From a bacterium (lineage in GTDB: Bacteria > Myxococcota_A > Bradymonadia > UBA7976 > UBA1532), in the NCBI GenBank assembly GCA_030427205.1, contig JAUHXC010000036.1:16185-80184 (forward strand): a stretch of DNA of 64,000 nucleotides, read 5' to 3'. Each line of letters starts with the position of its first letter. Position 1 is the stretch's first letter. Made by a program: the position numbers and the translations under genes. Shown in pieces: positions 17,961 through 27,149 of this stretch. A model generated the notes under the pieces. That model was not told the origin of the DNA, searched no databases, and worked only from the letters and a program-made list of their open reading frames with translations.

Positions 17961-19382
17961 CTACGCGCTCGGCGCGGGCACCGGGTGGTGCACCTCCGCC
18001 GGGTTGGGCTTGGCGCCGGCGTCCAGCTCGGCCTCGGTGACGCCCAGGATCTTGAACAGGAAGCCATAGGCCACCAGCCCCGCGAGCACGTTGCCCAGCG
18101 CCAGCCCGCCGAAGATGCCTTCGAGGCCGTAGAGCGACTCGCCGATCAGCGCCAGGGGCAGGGCCAGCACGAAGAGCCGGATCACCACGATCGCCGCCGA
18201 GCGCAGCGGCAGGTTGAGCGCGTTGAACGTGGTATTGGCGACGATCGCCGCGCCCATGCCGGCGTAGCCCAGCGGCACCCAGAGCAGGTAGCGGGCGGTC
18301 ACCTCGACCACCGCCGCCTCGTCGGAGAACCAGCCGCCGATGGTGGCCCCGCCGAGCGCCAGCAGCGCCGCCATTCCGACGCCCCAGGCGAGCACGAAGC
18401 GCACCGACAGCTTCACCGCCTGCCGGATGCGGCCGCAGTGCCGCGCCCCGAAGTTCTGCCCGACGAAGGGCGCCATGCCGGTGGCGATGGCGTAGACGGC
18501 GACCATCGCCAGCGCCTCGACCCGTCCGCCGACCCCGTAGCCGGCCACCGCCTCGGGGCCGTGATCGGCGACGAACCGGGTCAAGATGCCGTTGGCCACC
18601 GGCACCAGCAGGAAGGTCGCCGCCGCCGGCAGCCCCACGTACAGGATGGCGCGCCACGACGCCCAGACCGCGGCCGGCCGGGGCAGCTCGACGGCCAGCA
18701 TGCGCTCGCGGCGGTGCAGCAGGTACAGCGCGGCGACGAAGGTCAGCCCCCACGAGATCACCGTCGCCAGGGCGCCGCCGAAGAGCTCCAGCCGCGGGAA
18801 GGGCCCCCAGCCGAAGATCAGCAGCGGGTCGAGCACCAGGTTGACCCCGCCGGCCACCATCATGATCACGCTGGGGGTCTTGGTATCGCCGGTGGCCCGG
18901 ATCGCCGAGTTGCCGATCATCGGCACCACCAGGAAGCCCAGGCCGAAGTAGATCGGGCGCATGTACTGCTCGATGAGCGGCATCATGCCCGCCTCGGCGC
19001 CCAGCGCGGTGAACAGCGGCTCGATGGTCAGCAGGCCGATCCCGGAGACGGCGGTCACCAGCGCCACGCCGAGGAAGAGCGCGTGGGTCGTCAGCCGCCG
19101 CACCCGCTCGGGGTGCGCTTCGCCGATGGCCCGCGAGATGACCGCCGAGGCGCCGACGCCGATGCCCATGGTCATGCTGGTCACCACGAAGGTCACCGGG
19201 AAGGTGAACGCCATCGCGGCCAGCGGCTCGGCGCCGAGCTGGCCGATGAACCAGGTGTCGACGATGTTGAAGAGGTTGATGACGAGGATGCCGGCCACCA
19301 TCGGCAGGGCGAGGCGCCACAGCGAAGGGCCCACCGGGTCGTTTACCAGGTCGGGGCCGGATCTCGCCCGGGTTTCGCTCAC
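17961..19382 (-). CDS. MATE family efflux transporter
   Basis: LALPMV...FNIVDTWFIGQLG, RATGDTKTP, NLVLDPLLIFG, GQNFGA; about 12 TM. GTG 19382 after GGAGG. Confidence 0.93.
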   Translation of the reverse strand: MSETRARSGPDLVNDPVGPSLWRLALPMVAGILVINLFNIVDTWFIGQLGAEPLAAMAFTFPVTFVVTSMTMGIGVGASAVISRAIGEAHPERVRRLTTHALFLGVALVTAVSGIGLLTIEPLFTALGAEAGMMPLIEQYMRPIYFGLGFLVVPMIGNSAIRATGDTKTPSVIMMVAGGVNLVLDPLLIFGWGPFPRLELFGGALATVISWGLTFVAALYLLHRRERMLAVELPRPAAVWASWRAILYVGLPAAATFLLVPVANGILTRFVADHGPEAVAGYGVGGRVEALAMVAVYAIATGMAPFVGQNFGARHCGRIRQAVKLSVRFVLAWGVGMAALLALGGATIGGWFSDEAAVVEVTARYLLWVPLGYAGMGAAIVANTTFNALNLPLRSAAIVVIRLFVLALPLALIGESLYGLEGIFGGLALGNVLAGLVAYGFLFKILGVTEAELDAGAKPNPAEVHHPVPAPSA

Positions 19383-19513
19383 GCCACCTCCATCGCGGTG
19401 ATTCGGACATCCAGAGAGATGCGCGTGGCCCGGATCCGATTCCCGACTTGATCGCCGCGCGTTCACCGGTATCATGCGCCGCCTTCTGCCAGGGATCAGC
19501 CAGGGAGCCGACG

Positions 19514-20368
19514 GTGAAGCACGACGACGCGGGACAGAGCCCGGATCACTCCATCGAGATCAACCGCTGGATCGAGCAGGCCCGCGCCGCCTTCGGCCGG
19601 GACGAGGGCGACGACGGGCAGGGCTGGGGGGCCTACGACGAAGCGATCGGCGCGCTGCACGTACTCGGCGATCGGGCGACGTTCGACGCGGCCCGCGCGC
19701 TGCTCGGGGCGGAGAGCGCCCGCGATCGCACCATCGGCGCCCAGGTGCTGGGGCAGCTCGGGGTGCCCGAGCGCACGTTCCCCGGGCTGTGCTTCGAGGC
19801 CCTCGCCGGCCAGGTGAAGCGCGAGACCGACCCGGCGGTGCTCTCGGCGCTCGGCGACAGCCTCGCCCACCTCGACCTGCCGGGCGTCGTCGACGCGGCC
19901 CTGCCGCTCGTCGAGCACGCCGACCCGCGGGCCCGCTTCGGCGCGGTGCTCGCGCTCAGCCGCCAGGACGACCCGCGGGCGATCGCCGGGCTGGTGAAGC
20001 TCAGCGCCGACGCCGACCCCGAGGTCCGCAACTGGGCCACCTTCGGCCTGGGGGTGCAGACCGAGGCCGATACCCCCGCGCTGCGGGCGGCGCTCAAGGC
20101 GCGGCTCGACGATCCGGAGCTGGACGGCGAGATCCGCGGCGAGGCCCTCGTCGGGCTGGCCGAGCGCGGTGAGCCCGGCCTGACCGGCTATGTGGCCGAG
20201 GCGCTGGCGGAGCTCGATCCGCTTGCGGTGCGGGCGGCGTCGATCATCGGCGATCCGGCGCTGCACGGCCCGCTGCTCGCGCTGCGCGACCACCCCCAGA
20301 TGACCGCCTACTTCCGCGAGACCCTCGACGAGGCCATCGCCCGCTGCGATCCGGCCGCCGAGGTCTGA
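19514..20368 (+). CDS. HEAT-repeat (PBS lyase-like) protein
   Basis: Repeats DPRARFGAVLAL, DPEVRNWATFGLG, EIRGEALVGLA. Confidence 0.85.
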   Translation: MKHDDAGQSPDHSIEINRWIEQARAAFGRDEGDDGQGWGAYDEAIGALHVLGDRATFDAARALLGAESARDRTIGAQVLGQLGVPERTFPGLCFEALAGQVKRETDPAVLSALGDSLAHLDLPGVVDAALPLVEHADPRARFGAVLALSRQDDPRAIAGLVKLSADADPEVRNWATFGLGVQTEADTPALRAALKARLDDPELDGEIRGEALVGLAERGEPGLTGYVAEALAELDPLAVRAASIIGDPALHGPLLALRDHPQMTAYFRETLDEAIARCDPAAEV

Positions 20369-20381
20369 TCGCTCGCCGCCG

Positions 20382-21701
20382 CTATCCGCGCGGCGTCAGC
20401 TTCAGCCGCACGCCGCCCCGCGGGCGGTTGATCGGCACCACCGTCCAGCGCGGCGGCGCGTCGGTCAGCGGCGTCCACTCGAAGCGACGCAAGAGCTCGC
20501 CGACGTGCACCCGGGCGATCATCGCCGCGTGGCGCGCGCCGAGGCAGGTGTGCGGGCCGCTGCCGTACGGGATCCACGAGAACCGCGGCCGCGGCGGCGC
20601 GTCGGGGCCGAAGCGCGCCGGGTCGAAGCGGTCGGGATCGGGCCAGACGTCCGGGTCGCGATGGGTGGCGACGATGTTGACGAAGACCGGGGTGCCCGCG
20701 GGCATGTCGTAGCCGCCGAGGGTCGTCGCTTTCAGCGCGACGCGGGGGATGGAGCCCACCGGCGACTGCAGCCGCAGGGCCTCCTTGAACGCCTGATCGA
20801 CCAGCGGGATGCCCGCCAGGGCCGGGTCTTCGCCGCGGGCCCCGTCGGCGTCGGCCACCGCGTCGCGCAGCCGCGCCTGCCACCCGGGCTGACGGGCGAG
20901 GTGGTCGCACAGCGCGCTGAAGGCGGTGGTGAGCGTATCGTGGGCCGCCAGCCACATGAACGCGATGTGGTTGACGACCTCGTCGTCGGTGAAGCGGTCG
21001 CCGTCTTCGTCACGGGCGCCCACCAGCAGCCCCAGCAGGTCGTCTCCCGGGTCGTCGGCGGCCCGGCGGGCGGCGATCATCGGCCGCAGCACCGCGCGCA
21101 CCTGCCGCCGGCCCACCTGCCCCCGGCGCATGCGGGTGAACGGCAGCGGCCGGCGGATCACGCCCGCCGTCGAGGCGACCATGTGCACCAGGGCCCGTGA
21201 GATGCGCGCGCGGTCGGGGTGATCGTCGAGGCCGAGGAAGATCTGGTCGGCCAGGGTCAAGGTGAGCGCGCGGTGGGCCCGGTAGACGTCCATCTCGCCG
21301 CCCCAGTCGGCGATGCCGGCGGCCAGGGCGCGCTTCACCCGCGGCAGATAGCGCCGCAGCGCGGGCAGCCCGAACGCGGCCTGCATGATCCGTCGGTGGC
21401 GGCGGTGCACCGCGCCGTCGAGCACCATCAGCGTCTCGGGGAAGATCTCGGCGAAGAACGGCCCCAGCCCCTGCTCTGCCGACCAGACATCGCCCCGGTC
21501 GCCGAGGACGGCGGCGGCCGCTTCGTGACCCACCGCCACCACCTGATCGCCGAACATGCCCCGGCAGCGATAGACCGGCCCGTAGGTCTCGACCATGCGC
21601 CGGGTGAAGCCGAAGTTGTCTTTGATCAGCGCGGGCAGGTGGCCGATCAGCGGCCAGCCGCGCTCGCCGGGGATGTGGTGCAGCTCGGGGCGACTCTGCA
21701 T
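20382..21701 (-). CDS. Cytochrome P450
   Basis: I-helix AAHDT, ExxR (EALR), FDPARF, heme motif PYGSGPHTCLG. Confidence 0.95.
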   Translation of the reverse strand: MQSRPELHHIPGERGWPLIGHLPALIKDNFGFTRRMVETYGPVYRCRGMFGDQVVAVGHEAAAAVLGDRGDVWSAEQGLGPFFAEIFPETLMVLDGAVHRRHRRIMQAAFGLPALRRYLPRVKRALAAGIADWGGEMDVYRAHRALTLTLADQIFLGLDDHPDRARISRALVHMVASTAGVIRRPLPFTRMRRGQVGRRQVRAVLRPMIAARRAADDPGDDLLGLLVGARDEDGDRFTDDEVVNHIAFMWLAAHDTLTTAFSALCDHLARQPGWQARLRDAVADADGARGEDPALAGIPLVDQAFKEALRLQSPVGSIPRVALKATTLGGYDMPAGTPVFVNIVATHRDPDVWPDPDRFDPARFGPDAPPRPRFSWIPYGSGPHTCLGARHAAMIARVHVGELLRRFEWTPLTDAPPRWTVVPINRPRGGVRLKLTPRG

Positions 21702-21778
21702 GGGTGGGCTCGCTCGCGCGCCCGCCGCGGACCCGCCTCGGCGATGGTCTCAGCCGGGATACGTCAGGGCAAGCCGGG

Positions 21779-23314
21779 CTATCGCACCACCCGGCAGACC
21801 CCGCCGCGGCGCGCGTCGCCGGCGCCGTCGAGGGCGCCGTCGGCCGCCATGCGCGCGGTGTGCACCCCGCCGAAGAACAGGTGCGGCGCGGCGAACTCGA
21901 CGACCTCCCGGGCCAGCCCCGCCAGCGGCGGGTGCCCCTCGAAGACCTCCAGGCTCAGCGTACCGCCTTCGAAGTGCATGCGCGGCGCGTCGATCGCCGC
22001 GCGCACGTCGTCGTCGAAGCCGGCCAGCCGCACGACGGCCTGCAAGAGCGCCGTGCGGATGCGGTTGGCGCCGCCCGTGCCCAGGGCCACCAGCCCGCCG
22101 CCCGGCCCCTGCATCAGCGTCGGCGACATCATCGTCGCCAGCCGCTCGCCGACCGGCGCCTTGCCGAAGCCCTCGGGGTGCAGGTCCTCCTCGCCGAGCA
22201 GGTTGTTCATCACGATGCCGCTCTCGCCGATGAGCCGCCCGTTGCTCTCGCCGTGGCTGAACGTGATCGCGCAGGCGTTGCCCGCCCCGTCGATGGCGCT
22301 GACGTGGGTCGTCGACGGTGGCCCGCCGCCCATGCGCGGCGCGCCCAATGGCGCCTTGCCGGCCACCAGCCCGTTGAATCGCCGGCGCAGCGCCTCACGG
22401 GCGTCGGGCCCCAGCGCCGCGTCCCGCCGCGCCCCGTCGGCGACGGCCATCGCCGCCGCCAGCCGGCGCAGCCCGTGCGCGCTGCGCACATCCGGCGGCG
22501 GGCCGTCGCTGAGGAGATCGAGCATCAGCCCGATCATGCCGCCGCCCACCGCCGGCGGCGGCATCAGGTGCAGCGTATGCCCGCGCCACTTCACCGTCAG
22601 CGGATCGCGCAGCTCGACCCGGTAGCCGGCGCAGGCCTCGGCGGTGAACAGGCCGCCCGCCGCCGGCCCGAAGTCGCGGGCCATCGCCGGGCACAGCTCG
22701 GCGTCGTACCACGCCCGCCCGCCGCCGGCGGCCAGCGCCTCCAGCGTCTCGGCCAGGGCCGGGTTGACGAAGCGATGCCCCGCGGCCAGGTAGCGCCCGC
22801 CCGGCGCGAAGATCGCCCGGGTGGCCGCCTCGCGCACCAGGATCGGCTCGAGCAGCCGCGCCAGCCGGGCCTGGGCCGGCCCGATGATCGCGCCTTCGCG
22901 CAGCATGCGACACGCCGGCGCCACCAGATCGGACAGCGGCAGCGAGCCCCAGCGCTCGGCCGCGTCGAGCAGCCCGGGCAGGATGCCGGGCACCGCCGCC
23001 GAGCCGGCGCCGATGTGGAAGACCTGCTTGACCGGGCCGTAGTCCAACTCGATGGCGTCGAAGTCGTAGCCCTCGACCTCTTCGGCGCGCAGCGGCGGCG
23101 CGTCGGCGAAGCAGTCGACCACCGTCACCGCGCCGGTGGCCCCGTCGCGGTGCATCATCACCCCGCCGGCGGCGAGGCTGGTCAGCGTCGGCTCGCCGGC
23201 GTTGACCGCGAAGCAGGCCGCCACCGCGGCGTCGACCGCGTTGCCGCCGGCGGCGAGCACCGCCGCGCCGGCCTCGGCGGTCGGGATCGAACCGGCGGCG
23301 ATCACGCCCGGCAT
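21779..23314 (-). CDS. Gamma-glutamyltransferase family Ntn hydrolase
   Basis: GGNAVDAAVA, AVPG, catalytic STTHVS, MNNLLGEEDL, GTGGANRI, APRMH. ATG 23314 after GAGGAG. Confidence 0.92.
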   Translation of the reverse strand: MPGVIAAGSIPTAEAGAAVLAAGGNAVDAAVAACFAVNAGEPTLTSLAAGGVMMHRDGATGAVTVVDCFADAPPLRAEEVEGYDFDAIELDYGPVKQVFHIGAGSAAVPGILPGLLDAAERWGSLPLSDLVAPACRMLREGAIIGPAQARLARLLEPILVREAATRAIFAPGGRYLAAGHRFVNPALAETLEALAAGGGRAWYDAELCPAMARDFGPAAGGLFTAEACAGYRVELRDPLTVKWRGHTLHLMPPPAVGGGMIGLMLDLLSDGPPPDVRSAHGLRRLAAAMAVADGARRDAALGPDAREALRRRFNGLVAGKAPLGAPRMGGGPPSTTHVSAIDGAGNACAITFSHGESNGRLIGESGIVMNNLLGEEDLHPEGFGKAPVGERLATMMSPTLMQGPGGGLVALGTGGANRIRTALLQAVVRLAGFDDDVRAAIDAPRMHFEGGTLSLEVFEGHPPLAGLAREVVEFAAPHLFFGGVHTARMAADGALDGAGDARRGGVCRVVR

Positions 23315-23482
23315 CGGCAACTCCTCGTGCTCGGTTGGCAGGTCGGTCGGACGATCGGGGCAAAGACGCCCCGGCAGCCGCGCCGGTCGCACATGGCGGG
23401 CGGCGGTCGAAAGTTGTCAGGAGACTGACACATGCTGCCGCCCATCGACGGTAGTGCGGGCGCTCTGCCGATCAACGAGCGA

Positions 23483-24082
23483 TCAGCACCGCCGCTGGTG
23501 ACAGGCCTCGCCGTCGGCCAGGCTCAGTCGGTCGGCGATGTGCCCGACGACCCGGTCGACCTGCTCGGCGAGCCCATAGGCCGCCGGCCCGTCGATCTCC
23601 TGCCAGGCGAAGCGGTCGTCGTCGCCGCAGCCCGACCACAGGCTGTATCCCCAGCGGCTCTGGGCGCCGGGCGGGCTGCGCCAGAAGTCGACGTAGAGGT
23701 GTCGGCGGTCGCAGAAGACGTGGTTGCCCGGGTCGAGCAGGCCCGGCTCGTGCACCACGTCGGTCATCACCGCGGGGTGGGTCCGGCGCAGGGCGAGCGC
23801 GAAGCCCTCGGCCATCAGCTCGTCGGTCTGCAGCTCGGGGTCGGGCAGCGGGCGGCTGACGTCTTTGAAGGTGACCACGTCGAAGTAGCGGTGCCCGTCG
23901 AGCCGGATGGCGAAAGGCGAGTAGCGATGGGTGGGCGCGTCGGCGGCGGCCGCGGCGCCGGCCTCGTGGGCCGAGGCGCCGGGCGCGTCCGCCGTCGCGA
24001 CCGTCGTCGACGCCCGCTCCCCGTCGGAGCGGCTGCAGCCGGCGAGGGCCAGGGCGGCGACGAACAATGGGATGAATCGCAT
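23483..24082 (-). CDS. Hypothetical lipoprotein
   Basis: MRFIPLFVAALALAGC lipobox; contains Cys residues; family not recognised. Confidence 0.7.
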   Translation of the reverse strand: MRFIPLFVAALALAGCSRSDGERASTTVATADAPGASAHEAGAAAAADAPTHRYSPFAIRLDGHRYFDVVTFKDVSRPLPDPELQTDELMAEGFALALRRTHPAVMTDVVHEPGLLDPGNHVFCDRRHLYVDFWRSPPGAQSRWGYSLWSGCGDDDRFAWQEIDGPAAYGLAEQVDRVVGHIADRLSLADGEACHQRRC

Positions 24083-24201
24083 GGGCCGATGGTCTCCACA
24101 GACGGCCGTTCGAGTCAACGTCGCGCTGCGCGTCGCTGTTCCGAAAACGCCCTACGTACCCGGCGCCGCCGCGCTCCAAAAAAAGTGCATCCGGCCGATC
24201 T

Positions 24202-24225
24202 CTCCTGCCACAAGGGCGTCAGGAG
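24202..24225. promoter_or_regulatory. Inverted repeat, candidate operator upstream of the WYL gene
   Basis: CTCCTG-CCACAAGGGCGT-CAGGAG followed by TAAAAT (-10-like) at 24234-24239. Confidence 0.5.
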
Positions 24226-24291
24226 GGGTGCGCTAAAATCATCCTCGTCAACTGGAAGAACGCCGCACGTCGGCCACACGAGGAGGTCCCC

Positions 24292-25104
24292 ATGGAGCGC
24301 TCGACCCGCCTGTCCCGCCTGCTGCAGATCCTGCACGCCCGGCCCATGACCCCGGTCGAAGAGCTCGCCGCCCGCCTGGGGGTGAGTGACCGCACCATCT
24401 ACCGCGACCTGGAGAGCCTGCGCAACGACGGGGTGCAGGTCGCCCGCAAGGCGCGCTTCGGCTACGCGGTGGGCGAAGACGATCCCAACGCGCTCGATCT
24501 GGGCCGCGACGAGCTCGACGCGCTCGCGCTCGGGGTGCAGATGGTCAACGCCTGGGGCGACCCGGCGCTGGCCGCCGCCGCGGTGCGCATGGTCGACAAG
24601 ATCGCCGGCGCGCTGTCCCGCGACGCCCAGAGCGCGCTCGACCGCACCCCGCTCGGCGCCTCGCGGGCGCGGCACAAGTTCAAGCGCGTCGCCGGCCTCG
24701 GCAAGCTGCGCCAGGCACTCACCGAGAAGCGCAAGCTCTACTTCCGCTACAGCGACCACGAGGGCCACAAGAGCGAGCGTGTCGTGCAGCCGCGCAGCCT
24801 GGTCTTCCGCGGCGATCACTGGTCGCTGCTGGCGTGGTGCGAGATGCGCGAGGAGTACCGCAGCTTCCGCCCCGAGCGCATGGCCGACGTCTGCGTGATG
24901 GCCGAGCGCTTCCAGCCCTTCGACGCGCCGCGCCGCCCCGGCGCCCGCAGCCCGAGCCAGGACCGCCGCGCCGCCGAAGCGGCCGGGCTCTACGACGCCG
25001 CCGCGGCCCACGACGCCGCGCTCGAGGCGGCGGCGCTCGACGCCGAGCTCGGCGCCGCGCTCGACGAAGCCGACGCCCTCGACCCGGTCAAGCGCTCCGC
25101 CTGA
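24292..25104 (+). CDS. YafY-like HTH-WYL transcriptional regulator
   Basis: HTH ELAARLGVSDRTIYRDLESL; WYL domain HWSLLAWCEMREEYRSFRPERM; RBS GAGGAGG. Confidence 0.92.
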   Translation: MERSTRLSRLLQILHARPMTPVEELAARLGVSDRTIYRDLESLRNDGVQVARKARFGYAVGEDDPNALDLGRDELDALALGVQMVNAWGDPALAAAAVRMVDKIAGALSRDAQSALDRTPLGASRARHKFKRVAGLGKLRQALTEKRKLYFRYSDHEGHKSERVVQPRSLVFRGDHWSLLAWCEMREEYRSFRPERMADVCVMAERFQPFDAPRRPGARSPSQDRRAAEAAGLYDAAAAHDAALEAAALDAELGAALDEADALDPVKRSA

Positions 25105-25156
25105 GCCTGCATCCGCGGGGCGTTTGGCATGCTGTTCCTTCGTGATTTTTGAGTCT

Positions 25157-25180
25157 GTTTGGTATATTCGGGTATCAAAC
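25157..25180 (+). promoter_or_regulatory. Extended -10 promoter overlapped by an imperfect palindrome
   Basis: TGgTATATT (25160-25168) inside GTTTGGTA-TATTCGGG-TATCAAAC (7/8 inverted match), about 30 nt before the ATPase start. Confidence 0.5.
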
Positions 25181-25212
25181 TGCATGAGCGGTACATTTTA
25201 TGCGGGGCGCAC

Positions 25213-26529
25213 ATGTTGCTTGAGTTCCGAGTCGCCAACTTTCGCTCATTCGCGGAGGAGCAGGTGTTCTCGTTCGTGGCTGACAAGGACGACACACATC
25301 TGCGGAACACCATGCGATGTGAGCAGTCGCCAACTGGACGGGTGATCCGCTTGGCGGTGTTGTATGGACCGAACGGAGGCGGCAAGAGTGCGCTGGCTCG
25401 TGCGTTGGCAGTCACCCGCGCGATCGTCGTGAATTCTGCTCGCTGGCAAGACGGGGATCCTCTGGGCTTGGAGCCCTTCAAGCTTGACCCCGCACTGCAG
25501 TTGGCGCCGAGCCGATTCGAGTTGACCTTCGTTACCGATTGGACGGATCCCGAAGACCCGACGACGACGCGTCCGATCCGATATCAATACGGCTTCGCTG
25601 CTGATGCACGAAGAGTCCACGAGGAGTGGCTGCTGGCTTACCCCCACGGGCAACCGCAGACCTGGTTCGAACGAAGCACGGATGGGGTTGAGTTCGGCCG
25701 GCACTTGAAGGGTGAGAAGAAGCGAATTGCTGATGCGACGCGAAGCAATGCGCTCTTCTTGTCGGTGGCAGCACAGCAGAACCAATCCCAGCTGCTCCCG
25801 GTGTTTCGATGGATAAGAACTCGCGCTCGGGCGATCGGCGTCGTTGGTGAGCATTTCCTGGGTGAGTCGGTGACACGCCGAATGCCACTGGCGTCGGGTC
25901 GCACGAGCGAGGTGCTACAGCAGGGCACTGATGAGACCCGAGCGTACATCCTCGACTATCTCCGCGAGGCAGATGTTGGCATTCACGACGTCCGCCTCGA
26001 ACGGAGTCGCTTCGATGCGGCTGCATTGCCACCCGACTTCCCGGCTGAACTGAGAAGCCTCGTACTCGAGCAGGAGCGTGATGTCGTCGAAGTTCGTACT
26101 CTGCACCAAGCGCGAGATGGTCGAACCATCGAGTGGAGCCTAGCTGACGAGTCCGAAGGTACCCAGAACCTATACTGCTTGTTGGGGCCGTGGTTGGATA
26201 CCCTCCACTTGGAGCAGTCAGTCTTCTTCGACGAGTTGTTCAGTGATCTCCACGCTGTGCTCGCACGGCGGTTGTTGGAGCGCTACTTCGAGGAAGCCGC
26301 ACACAAGGGAAGTACGGGCCAGATCCTGCTCACCACCCATGACACGAATCTGCTCGATTCGCGGTTGCTCCGCCGCGACCAGATCTGGTTCGTGGAGAAG
26401 AACCGCGACGGCGCGTCGCGTTTGTACTCGTTGCTCGAATATCGCCCCCGAAAAGGCGAGAACTTCGAGAAGGGCTATCTGTCGGGCCGATACGGCGCAT
26501 TGCCCTTCATCGGCGAGGTCAACTTCTGA
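25213..26529 (+). CDS. RloA-like ABC/AAA_21 ATPase (putative defence)
   Basis: MLLEFRVANFRSF, Walker A GPNGGGKS, signature ESEGT, Walker B FFDEL, TTHD, RRDQIWFVEK, YLSGRYGALP; many A/T-ending codons. Confidence 0.9.
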   Translation: MLLEFRVANFRSFAEEQVFSFVADKDDTHLRNTMRCEQSPTGRVIRLAVLYGPNGGGKSALARALAVTRAIVVNSARWQDGDPLGLEPFKLDPALQLAPSRFELTFVTDWTDPEDPTTTRPIRYQYGFAADARRVHEEWLLAYPHGQPQTWFERSTDGVEFGRHLKGEKKRIADATRSNALFLSVAAQQNQSQLLPVFRWIRTRARAIGVVGEHFLGESVTRRMPLASGRTSEVLQQGTDETRAYILDYLREADVGIHDVRLERSRFDAAALPPDFPAELRSLVLEQERDVVEVRTLHQARDGRTIEWSLADESEGTQNLYCLLGPWLDTLHLEQSVFFDELFSDLHAVLARRLLERYFEEAAHKGSTGQILLTTHDTNLLDSRLLRRDQIWFVEKNRDGASRLYSLLEYRPRKGENFEKGYLSGRYGALPFIGEVNF

Positions 26530-27143
26530 TGCCGAGGGCGCGCAGCAAGCGAAGTCTCGGGCGGCGCAAAGACAGTCGAAGTGGTCGGCGCATACTCATC
26601 GTCTGCGAGGGCCAGGAGACCGAGCCTCGCTACTTCCGGGCCCTTCGGAGCGAGCTGAAGCTGGGCGCAGTTGATGTTCAGGTCGAGGGTGAGGATTGCG
26701 GTAGTGCGCCGATCTCGGTCGTCGACTTCGCGCTACGGCTCAAGAAGCGACCCCCGCGCGGGGTGAGCTACGATGCGGTCTGGTGTGTCATCGACCGTGA
26801 CGGGCACCAGAGCTTCGACAAGGCCATCGACAAGGCCCAAGCTCATGGCATCCGAATGGCGGTGTCGGTGCGTCAGTTCGAACTGTGGCTCCTGCTGCAC
26901 TTTGCCTACACCACCCGCGTTTGGACCGACGGCGATAGCTTGCTGAAAGCACTGGCTGCCCACTTGCCAGAGTACGGCAAGGGCACGGATGTGGCTGCGG
27001 CCCTGCGCCCGCTACGGCCCGCCGCATTAACCAATGCCGAGCGGCTGCGCGTGCACAACGCCGCGGTCAGCGACCAGCCCTATCCCAACCCGATGACCGA
27101 CGTCGACTTGTTGGTGCTCTTCCTCATCGGCCTCAAGCCCTGA
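26529..27143 (+). CDS. RloB-family TOPRIM-like protein
   Basis: ILIVCEGQETEPRYF, VWCVIDRD, FELWLLLHF, NPMTDV; start overlaps the ATPase stop (TGATG). Confidence 0.88.
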   Translation: MPRARSKRSLGRRKDSRSGRRILIVCEGQETEPRYFRALRSELKLGAVDVQVEGEDCGSAPISVVDFALRLKKRPPRGVSYDAVWCVIDRDGHQSFDKAIDKAQAHGIRMAVSVRQFELWLLLHFAYTTRVWTDGDSLLKALAAHLPEYGKGTDVAAALRPLRPAALTNAERLRVHNAAVSDQPYPNPMTDVDLLVLFLIGLKP

Positions 27144-27149
27144 AACCGC

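Noticed and set aside
25105..27149. Calling the low-GC cassette an IS or transposon
   Set aside because: No transposase, integrase, terminal inverted repeats or target-site duplication seen.
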